DNA of 64,000 nucleotides from a virus: the IMG/VR virus record IMGVR_UViG_3300005537_000024, positions 1 to 64,000 of that record. One strand, given 5' to 3'. Shown here one piece after another: positions 62,374 through 64,000 of this stretch (its first letter is position 1; every line of letters starts with the position of its first letter). The notes under the pieces were generated by a model. That model did not search any database and was not told where the DNA came from. It worked only from the letters and a program-made list of their open reading frames with translations. The translations under genes and the position numbers were made by a program.

Positions 62374-64000
62374 ATGGCGTCGGGAACCGCGGTCCCCCCC
62401 CCGATATTCGGACCCAACGGGTGGCAGGTGCCGCAGGCCCCGGCGATCCTCGCCGGCGTGCAGGCGGACATCACGGCCGCCTTCGGCACGACGCTCAACT
62501 TCAACTTCAATACCCCGCAGGGCCAGCTCGCCTCGAGCGAGGCGGCGATCATCAACAACGCCTATGGGGCGCTCGTCTTCCAGTTCAACCAGCTCGACCC
62601 GTCCTACGCGATCGGGCGCATGCAGGACGCCATCGCGCGCATCTACTTCCTCGACCGCGACCCGGCGGAGCCGACGACGCTCCAGGTCTCGTGCACGGGG
62701 GCGGGCGCGTTCATCCCGGACTCGACGAACCCGAACGTCACGCCGGCGACGATCGTCGACGGGAACAACAACCTGTACACGTGCATCGGCGCCGGGAGCC
62801 TGCCGCCCGGCGGGGGGAGCGTGACGCTCGCCTTCGCGTGCACGGTCCCCGGCCCGGTCCCGGTCCCCTCGGGGGCCGGCGTCCAGATCTATCAGGCGAT
62901 CCCGGGGTGGGACTCGGTCTCGGTCGTCTCGGGCGTCGAGGGCGTCGACGAGGAGGGCCGCTTCGCGCTCGAGCAGAGGCGGCAGGACTCGGTCGCCGGC
63001 AACAGCTTCGGCCCGGTCGGCGCGATCATCGGCGCCGTCGCGAACGTGCCGGGCGTGATCGACTACTACGGCTACAACAACAATACGGCCAACCCGGTCA
63101 CGGTCGGCGGCGTTACGATCGCGGCGTACTCGATCTACATCGCGGTTGCGGGCGGGTCGCCCACGGCGGTCGCGCAGGCGATCCTCTCGAAGAAGGGCGC
63201 GGGCGCGCCGATGACCGGCAACACGACGGTCACGGTCTACGACTCGAACCCCCTCTACGCGGCGCCGATCCCGTACTCGATCACGTACGAGATCCCGCCG
63301 GCCTTCCAGGTCCTCTACAAGGTGACGATCGCGAACGGCCCGCTCGTGCCGAACAACGCGACGCAGCTCGTCCAGGCGGCGCTCCTCGCGGCCTTCGTCG
63401 GGAACGCGCTCTCGGCGTCGTTCACGGGGCAGGTCACCGGGACCTCGCTGAACGTGACGGCGGTGACGTCGGGGACGATCGTCGTCGGTCAGACCATATC
63501 GGACGCGACGAACGCGCTCGCGCCGAACACCACGATCACGGGGCTCGGGACCGGCAACGGCGGCCTCGGGACCTACATGGTCAGCGTGTCGCAGAACGTC
63601 CCCTCGGAGGCCATGACGGCGTCGCCGCCGAGCGGGGTGGCGGTCGTGCCGCGCGCGCGGATCGCGACCACGCTCTATGCGACGCAGTACGCGGCGCCGG
63701 TGAGCCTCCTGGGCCCGTGGGCGCTGGTCGCGGCGCTCGGGATCGGCTCGGCCAACACGCCGGACGCGGTGATCGTCGGGAACATCTCCGGGAGCACGCT
63801 CACGGTCGCGTCGGTCACGTCGGGGTCGGTGGCGATCGGCCAGAACCTCGTCGACCCGCTCGGCCTAACCGTGACGGGGACCTACATCACGGCGGGGAGC
63901 GGGACGACCTGGACGGTCAACAACCCGCAGACGGTCGGCGGCGCGACCTTTACCGGGACGGGGAGCGGCACGAACCTCACGGCGAGCGGGGTGACCGGCT
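62374..64000 (+). CDS. Baseplate J-like protein (3' truncated by window edge)
   Basis: Open frame from ATG 62374: TPQGQLASS...LDPSYAIGRMQDAIARIYF; VAQAILSKK; GxGTY repeat inserts. Confidence 0.9.
   Translation, partial: MASGTAVPPPIFGPNGWQVPQAPAILAGVQADITAAFGTTLNFNFNTPQGQLASSEAAIINNAYGALVFQFNQLDPSYAIGRMQDAIARIYFLDRDPAEPTTLQVSCTGAGAFIPDSTNPNVTPATIVDGNNNLYTCIGAGSLPPGGGSVTLAFACTVPGPVPVPSGAGVQIYQAIPGWDSVSVVSGVEGVDEEGRFALEQRRQDSVAGNSFGPVGAIIGAVANVPGVIDYYGYNNNTANPVTVGGVTIAAYSIYIAVAGGSPTAVAQAILSKKGAGAPMTGNTTVTVYDSNPLYAAPIPYSITYEIPPAFQVLYKVTIANGPLVPNNATQLVQAALLAAFVGNALSASFTGQVTGTSLNVTAVTSGTIVVGQTISDATNALAPNTTITGLGTGNGGLGTYMVSVSQNVPSEAMTASPPSGVAVVPRARIATTLYATQYAAPVSLLGPWALVAALGIGSANTPDAVIVGNISGSTLTVASVTSGSVAIGQNLVDPLGLTVTGTYITAGSGTTWTVNNPQTVGGATFTGTGSGTNLTASGVTG

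Larger units (their letters stand above)
1..64000. mobile_element. Tailed (myovirus-type) bacteriophage genome, partial; probable alphaproteobacterial host
   Basis: Terminase, portal, MuF, capsid, sheath, tube, tape measure and baseplate genes in canonical order; tightly coupled ORFs (ATGA/GTGA overlaps); no host housekeeping genes. Confidence 0.97.

Noticed and set aside
62394-62402. C9 homopolymer as a phase-variation switch in baseplate J
   Set aside because: In frame (Val-Pro-Pro-Pro) in an essential gene; unremarkable at this GC content without read-level evidence

Overview
The window is most of the genome of a very GC-rich (about 70% by eye) tailed phage with a contractile tail. It has a Bcep781-like structural module: DUF1073 portal, MuF, DUF2213 prohead protein, DUF2184 capsid, DUF4054 adaptor, DUF3383 sheath and baseplate J. 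GapR-like, CtrA-like and RHH_4 genes and CT(A/T)GAC-N17-CTATAT promoters point to an alphaproteobacterial host. Layout: end of a probable lysis region (1-629, +); leftward early/recombination operon with ERF, YqaJ, HIRAN, ASCH, HNH and an NrdR-like Zn ribbon (631-9312); rightward replication and DNA-modification genes (9447-16906); an oppositely oriented cassette with UDG-like, H1-like, HNH and Ycf46-like AAA genes (16758-21642); a CmoA-like gene and accessory genes; then packaging, head, neck, tail and baseplate genes running off the right edge. No integrase, CI repressor, tRNA or CRISPR was seen. Three signals stand out. (1) At least seven tail-fibre/tailspike-like proteins, including their apparent chaperone, carry Sec-type signal peptides and even numbers of cysteines, suggesting virion appendages are folded in the periplasm. 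(2) A C5 cytosine MTase has GRAV instead of GNAV in motif X and is linked to a CmoA-like gene, predicting 5-carboxymethylcytosine DNA. (3) The portal is fused to an ADP-ribosyltransferase and the prohead protein to a Nudix hydrolase, with recurrent A-x-D motifs at the domain boundaries. All calls come from motifs recognised by eye; no database searches were run.
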